A stretch of DNA of 64,000 nucleotides from Thermoplasmata archaeon (GTDB lineage Archaea; Thermoplasmatota; Thermoplasmata; RBG-16-68-12): contig DATEUA010000141.1 in assembly GCA_035283405.1 (NCBI GenBank), forward strand, positions 8,984-72,983, written 5' to 3'. The notes under the pieces are model-generated. The model saw only the letters and a program-made list of their open reading frames with translations. It did not search any database and was not told the DNA's origin. The position numbers and the translations under genes were made by a program. How positions within the stretch are numbered: position 1 is the stretch's first letter; every line of letters starts with the position of its first letter. Positions 1-9,467 of the stretch are shown here, piece after piece.

Positions 1-368
1 CACGACCCGGCCGATCTCCCTGGCGACGCGGAGGGCGTCGGGCCCTCCCGCTTCGAGGACCTCCTTCGCCGTCGGGGCCTCCACGTACTCCATCACGATC
101 CGCGTGTCCTGGAGGTCGATGTCGTAGAGAATCGGCACGGACACCCCAGCCGACCGCGCCTCGGCTATGAGCCTCGTCTCCATTACGATGCGGGCCTTCC
201 GCAGCTCGTCGTCCAGCGCTGCGAGGCGGTACCCTTTCGAGACCCGCGCCTTCTCGACGGCCGCGAGACCGAGGTACGTCGTCGTCCGAAGCTCGGCTTC
301 CGCGCCTCGCTTGAGGAGCATCGTACCGGCGATAGGACTCGTCCTGAAATATCCTCCGAGCGGCGAGG

Positions 369-3300
369 TCACGTCCGTGGGGGCCCCGGCCTGACGCTTT
401 CGCCACACCGACCGCAGAACAACGCACCGATGGGGACGGGGCTCCCGCACCGAGGGCACGCCGTCGACGCGGCTCCCGCTGGGTGGACGACTGCCGGCGA
501 AAGCGGAGCGACCTGCCTTCCGCGGCGACGAAGGACAAGAAGGAGAATCGCGACCGTGGACCCTCCGCTTGCGACGCCGATGACAATCGCGACCCAGACG
601 GTCGGCGGGAGACCGGGGAGCGGAAGGGTGACCTCGAAACCCGCCAAGATTCGTTCGAACATGATATCGACTCGATCGAAGTAGCTTGCGTGGACGGTGA
701 GCCCTAGTATCCAGAAGCGGTCGTGTGGGTCGCTCACGACGATGACAAGCTCCTGTTCGACGCTCGTCGACGCGAAGAAGAGCGTGAAAGCCACGGCTGC
801 GTGGCCCCCGACCACTCGGACCATGATCGACTCGACGAGGTTCGCGTCGGGCCGGGCCGACTGTATTTCGCCGACGACGGCCTCTGCGGTCGAGGTCAGG
901 TAGGACTCCGTCTCCCGGACCGTCACATCAAAGTCCGTATCACCGACGAGCGTCGTCGGGACGGAGTCGTACGTGGGGCCCGTCACGATCAGCTCGATCA
1001 CGGTGTCGTCGCGACGGGAGTCAACTTCCTTCTGCCACGTTTGCGGGACCGGCATGCGGAAACCCGTGGCATGCTCGAACGGTACGAGCCTTGGCGAGAC
1101 GAACAGCTCGGCGGCGCCGATACCGGAGTCCCCGAGATAGTCCGTCACGACGAGCGTTACGATAAACATGCCCTCGAGCGCGTAGGCATGCGTAACGCGC
1201 CTCCCCGAGGCCGTTGACCCGTCGCCAAAGTCCCACGCGTACGACACGACTCGCCCATCCGGATCAACGGATTCGGACGCGTCGAACGTGATTGCCTCTC
1301 CGACCGACGGATCGCTAAGGGATCGAGCGAACCGCGCGATTGGAATCGGCGTGGGCACCGGGTCAATCTTGACCAGGAACGCCTCGGGGGAGATCACGTT
1401 GCGATCAAACGCTCCGGGCGTCGTGATGAAAACGGCCGAGGAAGTATCGCCGGTGAGGTAGGCTGCACCCGCCGGATCGACCGCGACCGCCCAGGCCGCA
1501 TCCCCCGAGTTCCCGCCGAGATACGTCGCATACACGAGGGATCCGACCGCGGGGTCGGCCTTCAGAAGGAAGGCATCGTACGGCTCCCCGAGGACATCCT
1601 GGACGGCCCCTGTCGAGGTTGGGAAATCCGCCGCACTCGTCCACCCGCCGACGAACGCATGGCCGCTCGCATCGATTGCGACGCCATACGCGACGTCGTT
1701 TCCGACCCCGCCGACGTACGACCCGAACAGCAGCAGGTCGCCGCCCCCACTGATCTCGACCAGGAACGCATCGTTCAGCGTGCCGGCGCCGCCCGGATCG
1801 AGATCGCACTGCCCATCGGCGCCGCACGTCGCGTCGAACGCGTTCGCCGTTACAGGCAGGTCGGCCGAGGTCGTTTCGCCCACGATTACGGCACGGCCCG
1901 AGGCGTCGACCGCGATGCCCCGCGCGAACTCCCACCCGGTTCCACCGACGAACGTCGCGTACGTCGGCAAATCGCCCGCCGGGGGCAGCTTCACGACGAA
2001 CGCATCCGTCGCGCCGTTGTGGGTTGTATCGTAGGCTCCCGCGGTCCACGGGAAGCCCGAGGATCCCCCACCCGTGTAGTACGCGTTTCCAGCGGAATCG
2101 ACGGCCACTCCGTAGGCGTGGTCTTCGCCGGCTCCCCCTAGGAACGTAGAGTAGACGAGCGACGACCCGTCCGAAGAGAGCTTCGATGCGAATCCGTCCA
2201 CCAAGGAATCTCCAAAGGACGTGTCGAATGAACCGGCCATCGTGGGGAAGTTCCAGGACCATGTCTCGCCCGCGATGTGAGCATTTCCGGCCGAATCGAC
2301 GGCGACCGCGTACCCGGTATCGAACGTGTCGCCGCCGAGATATGTCGAATAAACGAGAGACGCACCATCCGGCGCGATCTTCGTGACGAACGCGTCCTGG
2401 TTCAGTCCTCGACGGAACGGCTGGTAAGCGCCGGGCGTGACTGGGAAATCCGTGGACCACGTGGAGCCCGTCACGTACGCGTTTCCGAAGCTGTCGACGG
2501 CTATCCCGCCGGGGATGTCCTCCGAGCCACCGCCGAGAATCGTGAAGTAGACGAGGGTCCGGCCATCGGGGCTCACCTTCGCGACGAAAGTGTCGAGGGA
2601 AAGAGTGAAGCCCGCCACGTACGCGTACCCGGAGGCGTCCACGGCGAGCGCCCGTCCCAGGGAACGGTCTCCGAGGAGGGTTGAATAGACGTACGGATCG
2701 AGGACGAGCGTATCGGTTGGATCGTACGGGCCGAGCGCGAAACGCACCGTGTGACCTTCCACGACGTAGGCGACGGGGACGGATGCCCGACCTGAGCGCC
2801 GGTCCTGGAACGCGAACGGCGCCGCATCGACGATATCGCCTGCCTCCGTCCGGAGGACAAGGTCCCCCCGTTCGGCCAGGATTGGGATCGCACCCTCCAC
2901 GTGAACGCGAATCGTCGTGGAATCCGCGAAGGGGGCCACGAGGAAAGCGTACTTGAGCCCCGAGTCGGAAAGCGTGAAGACCAGGTCGATGCCGTCGTAG
3001 AGGGATTCGTAGATGACCTCGTTGTAGCTACGTACACCCACGCGCCATCCGGAGGGAGCAGCCCCAAGGAAGGTGTGGCTCGGGAAGGGCAACTCGCCAC
3101 GACCCCGCGGGACGGCTGGATTCGCGCCGTCGAAGCGAAGACGGAACGATCCTGTGGCGCGCGACGCCCCGAGCGGGTCTCCGCCGGCTCCGAGCGACCC
3201 CGAGGCCTCCGACTCCAGCACGCGCAGGTCGATGTGGCCAGCTGCCAGGGCGATCCCGAGGCCCGACGTCGTCGCGGTGAAGCCCGGCGTGTCCCCGGGC

Positions 3301-3374
3301 GTGCGGCCCGGCTCTTCCGTGAAGAACAGACGCCACGCGGGGAACCCACCCGTGACCGAGGAACGCGGGGACAT
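369..3374 (-). CDS. Large cell-surface protein with beta-propeller (SBBP-like) repeats and a PKD domain, then a C-terminal TM helix and a zinc ribbon
   Basis: Repeated segments of the form YSTYLGG...GYAVAVDSAGNAHIAG look like SBBP-type beta-propeller repeats. A PKD-like stretch (VSYAWDFGDGS...VTLVVTD) follows. The C-terminus has a hydrophobic helix (VWVAIVIGVASGGSTVAILLLVLRRR) and then CPRCGSPV...CGRCG. No signal peptide is visible at the annotated N-terminus, so the start may be upstream or non-ATG. Confidence 0.55.
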   Translation of the reverse strand: MSPRSSVTGGFPAWRLFFTEEPGRTPGDTPGFTATTSGLGIALAAGHIDLRVLESEASGSLGAGGDPLGASRATGSFRLRFDGANPAVPRGRGELPFPSHTFLGAAPSGWRVGVRSYNEVIYESLYDGIDLVFTLSDSGLKYAFLVAPFADSTTIRVHVEGAIPILAERGDLVLRTEAGDIVDAAPFAFQDRRSGRASVPVAYVVEGHTVRFALGPYDPTDTLVLDPYVYSTLLGDRSLGRALAVDASGYAYVAGFTLSLDTFVAKVSPDGRTLVYFTILGGGSEDIPGGIAVDSFGNAYVTGSTWSTDFPVTPGAYQPFRRGLNQDAFVTKIAPDGASLVYSTYLGGDTFDTGYAVAVDSAGNAHIAGETWSWNFPTMAGSFDTSFGDSLVDGFASKLSSDGSSLVYSTFLGGAGEDHAYGVAVDSAGNAYYTGGGSSGFPWTAGAYDTTHNGATDAFVVKLPPAGDLPTYATFVGGTGWEFARGIAVDASGRAVIVGETTSADLPVTANAFDATCGADGQCDLDPGGAGTLNDAFLVEISGGGDLLLFGSYVGGVGNDVAYGVAIDASGHAFVGGWTSAADFPTSTGAVQDVLGEPYDAFLLKADPAVGSLVYATYLGGNSGDAAWAVAVDPAGAAYLTGDTSSAVFITTPGAFDRNVISPEAFLVKIDPVPTPIPIARFARSLSDPSVGEAITFDASESVDPDGRVVSYAWDFGDGSTASGRRVTHAYALEGMFIVTLVVTDYLGDSGIGAAELFVSPRLVPFEHATGFRMPVPQTWQKEVDSRRDDTVIELIVTGPTYDSVPTTLVGDTDFDVTVRETESYLTSTAEAVVGEIQSARPDANLVESIMVRVVGGHAAVAFTLFFASTSVEQELVIVVSDPHDRFWILGLTVHASYFDRVDIMFERILAGFEVTLPLPGLPPTVWVAIVIGVASGGSTVAILLLVLRRRGRQVAPLSPAVVHPAGAASTACPRCGSPVPIGALFCGRCGESVRPGPPRT

Positions 3375-3602
3375 CGAATCCGCTCGAAGGCGGCTGTGTG
3401 GAGCGGGCGAGCCTTTCGAATCGGCTTCGGCGGTCCCCTCAAAGGTCCCCGGCTGGGGGAAAGAGGACAGCGCGTGCAGGAGAACAAGGAACGCAATGAG
3501 TATTGCTGTTACCCGGCCGATCGTGCGGCGACTCCCTCCCGTCGACCGCGGGCAACGGGGGACCGTGTACTAAGGGATTCCGCACATCCGCATGCGCAGG
3601 GG

Positions 3603-5765
3603 TCATTTAACCCCCATCGATGAGCCCCGCGCAGCGGGCACAAGGAACTCGGACACCTCCGCGGCGGGGGCGAGGCTTGCCCGTGGGGCGAAGTCCCCGG
3701 GGAGGTGGCGCGCGTACCTCGGTGTGAGGAGGCGGGCTTCGAGGAGGATAATCGCCGCGCGATCCCGCTCGCTCCGGATCGGCCGTCCGGCGGCCTGGAG
3801 GACCTTGTTCACGGCGGGGAACAAGTACGCGTACGCGTAGCCGCGTTCGGGGCCGAACCGCTTCGCATAGTAATCCTTGAGGGCCTCGACCTCGACGCTC
3901 GGCGGACTCAGGGGGAGGCCCACGACGACGACCGCCGACAGCAGGTTGTTCTCGTAGTCGACGCCCTCGCTCAGAGACCCGCCCTGAACTCCGAGGAGAA
4001 GGGCTCCCCCGTCGTCCCGTGCGATCCGCAACGCCTGCTGGACCGCGTCCCGCCGCGCCTTGTCCCACTCCGGACGCTCGACGATGAGCGGCCTTGCGAC
4101 GACGCCGCGGAGCCGCTCGAGGGACGCGGCCAAGAGCTCGTAGGACGGGAAAAAGGCCGCGACGTTCCCCGGGACCGCGGAAACGATCGAGGCGATCTCC
4201 CGCGCGGTGAGGTCGTGCATCGTTTCGGAGCGCCTCTCGTAGAGGGTCGTGACGTGAGGGTGGACCAGGAGGAGCCGGTTCTCCCTAGGGAACGGGGACG
4301 GGTAGCGCCGGCTTCTTCGCCGGGAGACGGGAAGGCCGAGGAGATCCGCGTACATCTCCGGTGGATGGAGGGTCCCGGACATCAGGATGCTCCCGTGGAC
4401 GCCCGCAAAGATGGGGCCGCTCAGGACGCTTGGATCCAGGAGGCGGAACGCGAACTTGCCCTCGGAGCCGGGAACGAGGAGGCGGAGGATCGCCTCGTCC
4501 CGCTCCCGCCACGTGCGAAGGAAGTCCGCTAGGTCCGGAAGGGCGCCCGCGCGGCCAAGGTGGGCGGCCTCCTCCGCCGCCCAGGCCACCATCTGCGCGA
4601 GGTCCTCGTACGTCCGGTGAGGCCCCGGGAGGCCCCGGAGCGCGTCCTCGACCACATCGACGAACTCTTCCTTCCCCGCGACCCGCTCCGCTCGGAGGGG
4701 CGAGAGATACCGCGTCATCGAGCGAAGGACCGCGGAGAGGCAGTGGGCCGTCTCCGGATCGAAGTCCCGCGCCTCTCGGGCGGCCCGGGCGAGATCCTCA
4801 AGGGACAGGTCCCCGCACAGGTGCGACCGGATGCGATCGGGCAGGTTGTGGGCCTCGTCCACGACGAGGATGAGGTCCTCAAGGGGACGGCCCAGGCGGG
4901 CGAGGAACGGATCGAGGATGTCGCTGAACACGTAGTTGTAGTCACACACGATCACGTGGGCGCCCTCTGCGGCCTCCATCGCGACCTTGTGCGGACAGAC
5001 GCCGCACGCGGTCCCCGCCTGGATCAGCTCCTGCACGTGGAGCGGACGCTGTCGGACCGCGGTCGCGATCGCGCTCGCGTCCTTGCGGAAGAACGTGCAC
5101 GTCCGGTTCCGGACCTTGTCGTCGCAGAAAACGTGGAACGCGCGCCCATGGAGGGGCGCCTCGGGCTGGAGGCACATGAGCTGCTTCGCAATCAGGTCGA
5201 CGACCGCGACGCGGGTACCGAGGGCCTCGAGCCGCTTCAGGGTCTCGATTGCGATCCGATGCTGGCTGTGTCTCGACGTCAGGAAGAGGACGAGCCGGCC
5301 CTGCGCGAGGGCGACCTCGAGGGATGCGACGAGGGCGACGGCCGTCTTCCCGATCCCGGTGGGGGCGTGGGCGAGGAGATGCGTCCCCTCCGAGAGGGCT
5401 CGTCGGGCGTCCTCGAGGAACTCCCGCTGCCCGTCGCGAATCCGATCGAAGGGCCATGGGACGCCCTGGGCGGGTCGCGGGGAAGGCCCCGGCGCCTCGG
5501 TCGGTCGACTCAGTGCCAATCGACACAGTCCAGGGGACCGCCCTATGAAGCCCTGCCGTAGAGGGGACCGCGAAAGTATTCCGTTCGGTCGGATAACCGA
5601 GGGCGCGGTCTTAAGTAACGAGGCGCCGCATCGAACGGCCGTGGCCTCCCCGTGCGGCGTGTGCGGCCTCGCGACGGAGGAGCCCGTGTGTCCGCGATGC
5701 CACACGATCCTCCGTCCGGACCAGGCGATCTGCCCGAAATGCGGGAAGATGTTTCGCGGCTCCAT
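3603..5765 (-). CDS. xpd: XPD/Rad3-family FeS DNA helicase (superfamily 2)
   Basis: Walker A HAPTGIGKT, a four-Cys FeS-type insert (CTFF...CGVCPHK), DEAH box (VVDEAHNL) and a C-terminal motif VI-like GRPIRSERD are all present. The first ~90 aa of the ORF are low-complexity and would overlap the divergent gene at 5545. The real start is probably near 5480-5520 with an unresolved start codon. Confidence 0.7.
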   Translation of the reverse strand: MEPRNIFPHFGQIAWSGRRIVWHRGHTGSSVARPHTPHGEATAVRCGASLLKTAPSVIRPNGILSRSPLRQGFIGRSPGLCRLALSRPTEAPGPSPRPAQGVPWPFDRIRDGQREFLEDARRALSEGTHLLAHAPTGIGKTAVALVASLEVALAQGRLVLFLTSRHSQHRIAIETLKRLEALGTRVAVVDLIAKQLMCLQPEAPLHGRAFHVFCDDKVRNRTCTFFRKDASAIATAVRQRPLHVQELIQAGTACGVCPHKVAMEAAEGAHVIVCDYNYVFSDILDPFLARLGRPLEDLILVVDEAHNLPDRIRSHLCGDLSLEDLARAAREARDFDPETAHCLSAVLRSMTRYLSPLRAERVAGKEEFVDVVEDALRGLPGPHRTYEDLAQMVAWAAEEAAHLGRAGALPDLADFLRTWRERDEAILRLLVPGSEGKFAFRLLDPSVLSGPIFAGVHGSILMSGTLHPPEMYADLLGLPVSRRRSRRYPSPFPRENRLLLVHPHVTTLYERRSETMHDLTAREIASIVSAVPGNVAAFFPSYELLAASLERLRGVVARPLIVERPEWDKARRDAVQQALRIARDDGGALLLGVQGGSLSEGVDYENNLLSAVVVVGLPLSPPSVEVEALKDYYAKRFGPERGYAYAYLFPAVNKVLQAAGRPIRSERDRAAIILLEARLLTPRYARHLPGDFAPRASLAPAAEVSEFLVPAARGSSMGVK

Positions 5766-6492
5766 CGCGGAGTGCGACGCCTGCGGCGCCGCGATGTCGA
5801 CGGGACCGAAGGCCTCGCCAGACGCGGAGGCCGTCCGCGAGTTCGCCTCCGTGCCCGGAATCTCGGAGGACCGGGCGAAACAACTCGTCGCGCGCGGTTA
5901 TCATGAGTTTTCCGACCTCGTGCGGCTCGCCCTCCCGAAGTCTGCGGTCGCGAAAGGCCTCCACCACGCGATCGCTCGCAGGGTGCTCCTTGCGGGGATC
6001 GGATCGAGGGAGGAGGCCGAGAAGGGCACCCCTTGCCCGTCGTGTGGCACCCCGTGGCCCGTGGCGGCGGAGCGCTGCCTCGTGTGCGGGGCCTCTCCGG
6101 ACGATGCCCTCGACGTGGAGTCCCTCGAGGAAAGGCTCCATGCGGTCACGGGCGAGATCGTGGACCTCACCGCGGACCCGGACTTCCAAGAGATGCCCTC
6201 CCGGGTGAAGGACGAACTCCTGCAGGTCTTCGGAGGGGTCGACGAGACGGAACTCCTGAAGGAAGACTGTCGCCGCCAGATCGAGGCGTGGCGCCGGAAG
6301 GGCTTCGACGTCGCGCCCCTCGAGCGGCTCCTCGAGGAGGATCCGCGGGGGTTCCAGGAGCGGAGCGTGAGGCTCATCCGCACTCAGATGCTGAAAAAAG
6401 CGGAAGGGGGCCGTTTCCGGTGCCCGCTGTGCGAGGTCGCCCTGCCCAGTGTCGCCCGGGAGTGCCCGAACTGCGGCGCGCTCTTCGAGTGA
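5545..6492 (+). CDS. Multi-zinc-ribbon protein with a helix-hairpin-helix-like segment
   Basis: There are four CxxC...CxxC zinc-ribbon units (for example CPRCHT...CPKCG and CPLCE...CPNCG) and a central HhH-like stretch (VPGISEDRAKQLVARGYHEFSDLV). The gene is divergent from the helicase. No confident family assignment. Confidence 0.45.
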   Translation: MKPCRRGDRESIPFGRITEGAVLSNEAPHRTAVASPCGVCGLATEEPVCPRCHTILRPDQAICPKCGKMFRGSIAECDACGAAMSTGPKASPDAEAVREFASVPGISEDRAKQLVARGYHEFSDLVRLALPKSAVAKGLHHAIARRVLLAGIGSREEAEKGTPCPSCGTPWPVAAERCLVCGASPDDALDVESLEERLHAVTGEIVDLTADPDFQEMPSRVKDELLQVFGGVDETELLKEDCRRQIEAWRRKGFDVAPLERLLEEDPRGFQERSVRLIRTQMLKKAEGGRFRCPLCEVALPSVARECPNCGALFE

Positions 6493-6541
6493 TAGCGGCG
6501 AGGGTAATCCTAAATACGGTCCGGGCCTCCCCCGGGCTGGC

Positions 6542-7258
6542 ATGCGCGGACGCTGGTCCGACTACGCGGCCCCGCCGGTCTACCTCACCCGCGAACCGCC
6601 GAGATCGGGCGTCCGGTTCAGCCGCGAGGAACTCCGCCAGCTCGCCGTCGCGATTCTCGCGCTGAGCGCCGCGATGACCCTCCTGATCGTGCTCGGATAC
6701 CAGCGGGAGGGCCTCCTCGACCCGGACGCCCTTCCACTTCTCGTCTCCGTCTCCTTCGCGACCTCCCTCGTCGCGGTGGCGACCGGGGTCGGACTCCACG
6801 AGATCGCGCACAAGGTGGTCGCCCAGCGATACGGACACTGGGCGGAGTTCCGCTACAATCCGATGGGGCTCGTCCTCGCGTTCGTCTTCGCGGCGGTCGG
6901 GTTCCTGTACGGCGCACCGGGGGCCACGTGGATCTCCGGCACGGTCACGGACGAACAGAACGGCCGGATCAGCGCGGCGGGCCCTCTGACGAACATCGTC
7001 CTGGGGGTGGGCTTCCTCGGGATCTTGACGACGCTCGGCACGGTCGTCACGCGGCCGGGGCTCGGGGACCTGGCGCGCGCGATCGTGAACTTCGCGACGT
7101 TCGTGAACCTCGTCCTCGCGGGGTTCAACATGATCCCCGTGATGCCGCTCGACGGGGCGAAGGTCTGGGCCTGGAACAAGGTCGCCTACGTCGGCATCTT
7201 GGTGACCGTCGTCGGATTGTTCATCCTCGGATTCGTCTCCGGGGTCCTCCGGGTCTGA
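6542..7258 (+). CDS. M50-family (site-2 protease-like) membrane metalloprotease
   Basis: HExxH motif (LHEIAHKVV) lies inside a TM helix and a downstream LDG motif (PVMPLDGAKVW) is present, in a polytopic membrane protein. Start taken at the ATG of MRGRWSDY. Confidence 0.6.
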   Translation: MRGRWSDYAAPPVYLTREPPRSGVRFSREELRQLAVAILALSAAMTLLIVLGYQREGLLDPDALPLLVSVSFATSLVAVATGVGLHEIAHKVVAQRYGHWAEFRYNPMGLVLAFVFAAVGFLYGAPGATWISGTVTDEQNGRISAAGPLTNIVLGVGFLGILTTLGTVVTRPGLGDLARAIVNFATFVNLVLAGFNMIPVMPLDGAKVWAWNKVAYVGILVTVVGLFILGFVSGVLRV

Positions 7259-7261
7259 GAC

Positions 7262-8008
7262 TCAGCGGTTCATCCGGGCCGCGAGGTAGCCCGCGCCGAA
7301 CCCATTGTCGATGTTCACGACCGCCACCCCGGGCGCACAGGACGTCATCATGCCGAGGAGGGCTGCGAGCCCGTCGAAGCTCGCCCCGTACCCGACGGAC
7401 GTGGGCACGGCGATTACGGGCGCGGCAACGAGACCCGCGACGACGCTGGGCAGGGCGCCCTCCATGCCCGCCACGACCACGATCGCCTTCGCCTTTCGGA
7501 GGAGGGCCCGACGGTCGAGCAGCCGATGGACTCCCGCCACGCCGACGTCGTACAGGCGAGAGACCTTGGCTCCCATGAGCCGTGCGGTGACGGCGGCCTC
7601 CTCCGCGACGGGGATGTCCGAGGTCCCCGCGGTTATCACGAGGATGTGTCCCGTCCGCGCGGCGGGGGCCTTCCCGACGGACACGATCCGCGCGTCCTCG
7701 TGATACGACATGGGCCGCCCTTTGATCGACGATCGCAGGCGACGGAAAATCGCAGGGGTCGCCCGGGTCGCAAGGACGAGTCCGTGGTGCACGCTCATCG
7801 CGCGGACGATCTCAACGACCTGATCGATCGACTTCCCCGGACAGTAGATGACCTCCGGGAAGCCGCGGCGCAGGTCTCGATGCCGATCGATCTTCGCGTA
7901 GCCCAGGTTTTCGTACGGGAGGTCTCTGAGCCGCTCGACCGCGTCGAGGACGCTCAGCTTCCCGGCCCTCAGGTCCGCCAGGACGGCCTTCACACGGCGC
8001 CCGTCCAT
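7262..8008 (-). CDS. larB: LarB-like / PurE-related carboxylase (nickel-pincer cofactor biosynthesis family)
   Basis: An N-terminal region ending in GFPEVIYCPGKS is followed by a PurE-like fold (ILVITAGTSDIPVAEEA and GVAGVHRL...). The length (248 aa) fits LarB. Confidence 0.5.
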   Translation of the reverse strand: MDGRRVKAVLADLRAGKLSVLDAVERLRDLPYENLGYAKIDRHRDLRRGFPEVIYCPGKSIDQVVEIVRAMSVHHGLVLATRATPAIFRRLRSSIKGRPMSYHEDARIVSVGKAPAARTGHILVITAGTSDIPVAEEAAVTARLMGAKVSRLYDVGVAGVHRLLDRRALLRKAKAIVVVAGMEGALPSVVAGLVAAPVIAVPTSVGYGASFDGLAALLGMMTSCAPGVAVVNIDNGFGAGYLAARMNR

Positions 8009-8015
8009 GCCCGCC

Positions 8016-9329
8016 TCACCGGATCTGTTCCCACTTCTCGAGCTCGAGGACGGAACTCAACGTGGCCCCCCGTCGAATCTCCTCCCGGATGCGGTTCTCC
8101 CGCTCGAGGACGTCGAGCGCGCGGTTCGCCATCTCGACGGCCTGTTCCCGAGGCACGACGACGAGTCCCGACTCGTCCCCGACGATCCAGTCCCCCGCGT
8201 GGACGACCTGACCTCCGCACTCGATCTCGCTCCCGATCTCTCCGTGTCCCTTCGGCTCGCCCGCGTGGGGCGCAACGTGTCGGCTGAAACATGGAAAACC
8301 GAGCTCGAGGATTGCGTCGAGGTCCCGCACGGCTCCGTCGATCACGACCCCGGACACGCCCTTCACGAGGCAAGAGTTGCTCGCGAGCTCCCCCCAGACC
8401 GCGGTCGGCCCTCCGCCCGCGTCGATCACGATCACGTCCCCGGGAGTTGCGCGGTCGATCGCCTCGATCGGTTTTGCCCAGTCCCCGTTCGCGGTCTTGA
8501 CCGTGAGTGCGCGCCCGACGAGCTTCGTCCCATGCTTCAGCCGAGGGACCAGGCCGTGGATCACGCCTCGTTTCTGCATCGCGTCCGCCAGGTTCGGGGT
8601 GGACACCTTTCGAAAGGCCTCGCGGACGTCGGGCTCCGAGTACTTCCGGAAAAGACGGGTCGGAACCGGTTTCCTCGCCGCGATGGCCTTCTTGATCCGC
8701 CTCGTCGCGTCCGCGACCTTCTCCGCCTTGATGATCGCGCCTCCGACGATGAGGATCGTCGCGCCGGCCTGGAGGGCCTGCGCCACCGTCTCCGAGTTCA
8801 ACCCGCCGGCCACAGCGATCGGGAGGGAGGTCGCTGCTGCGACCGCCTTCAGTTCGTTGAGGGGGGTCCGTGCGATCATCTGTTCGTCGATCGACACGTG
8901 GAGGTTCAGATAGTCCGCGCCGAGCTTTTCCAGTTGCAGGGCGCGCTTCGGTTTGTCCGCGACCCGCATCAGGTCGACCATGATTTTCGACCCATACCGC
9001 CGGGCCGCCTTGACCGCCTCGGCGATCGTCGCGTCGTCGGTGACGCCCATGACTGTGACGACGTCGGCCCCCGCCTTTGCCGCGATCTCGACCTCGAGAG
9101 CCCCCGTGTCCATCACCTTCAGGTCTGCGACGATCGTCCGCCCGGGGAGCGCCTTGCGAAGCGCGCGGATAGCCTCGACGCCCTCGGACTTGACGAGCGG
9201 CGTCCCCGCCTCGATCCAGTCCGCCCCGCCTTCGACCGCCTCCTTCGCGGCCTGAAGCGCCCGCTTGAGATGCATGAAATCCAACGCGACCTGCAGAATC
9301 GGTTCCATCGCGGACCGAGCTAACGTCAC
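8016..9329 (-). CDS. Bifunctional 3-hexulose-6-phosphate synthase (OMPDC-fold) fused to an RraA-like domain
   Basis: The N-terminal half (ILQVALDF...GADWIEAGTPL...GADVVTVMG...IAVAGGL) is HPS/KGPDC-like. The C-terminal half (PNLADAMQKRG...GDVIVIDAGG...AVWGELA...GVVIDGAVRD) is RraA/MenG-like. The fusion is known from archaeal reverse-RuMP pentose biosynthesis. Confidence 0.6.
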   Translation of the reverse strand: MTLARSAMEPILQVALDFMHLKRALQAAKEAVEGGADWIEAGTPLVKSEGVEAIRALRKALPGRTIVADLKVMDTGALEVEIAAKAGADVVTVMGVTDDATIAEAVKAARRYGSKIMVDLMRVADKPKRALQLEKLGADYLNLHVSIDEQMIARTPLNELKAVAAATSLPIAVAGGLNSETVAQALQAGATILIVGGAIIKAEKVADATRRIKKAIAARKPVPTRLFRKYSEPDVREAFRKVSTPNLADAMQKRGVIHGLVPRLKHGTKLVGRALTVKTANGDWAKPIEAIDRATPGDVIVIDAGGGPTAVWGELASNSCLVKGVSGVVIDGAVRDLDAILELGFPCFSRHVAPHAGEPKGHGEIGSEIECGGQVVHAGDWIVGDESGLVVVPREQAVEMANRALDVLERENRIREEIRRGATLSSVLELEKWEQIR

Positions 9330-9467
9330 CCTGTCGATAAAAACATATCGCGCGACGCCGGGGGGATTCGCGATGCGTCCGACCCATGACGGGCGGCCTC
9401 GTTTCAGAATTGATACTCGTCGCGGTCACCTCATATATCGAGGGTCCGGATAATTCGGACGACGAAG

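Noticed and set aside
1405-2460. 351-aa ORF, with several others, antisense or out of frame within the surface-protein gene
   Set aside because: It is Arg/Pro/Gly-rich and low-complexity. It overlaps a strongly supported CDS. It is typical of spurious long ORFs in about 68 % GC DNA.
4987-6492. 501-aa ORF as a single protein
   Set aside because: Its first ~185 aa are antisense to the helicase and low-complexity. Only the part from about 5545 (zinc ribbons/HhH) looks genuine.
7990-9429. 479-aa and 438-aa ORFs antisense to the HPS-RraA gene
   Set aside because: Translations are poly-Arg/Gly/Asp with no domain signature. The opposite strand has clear enzyme motifs.
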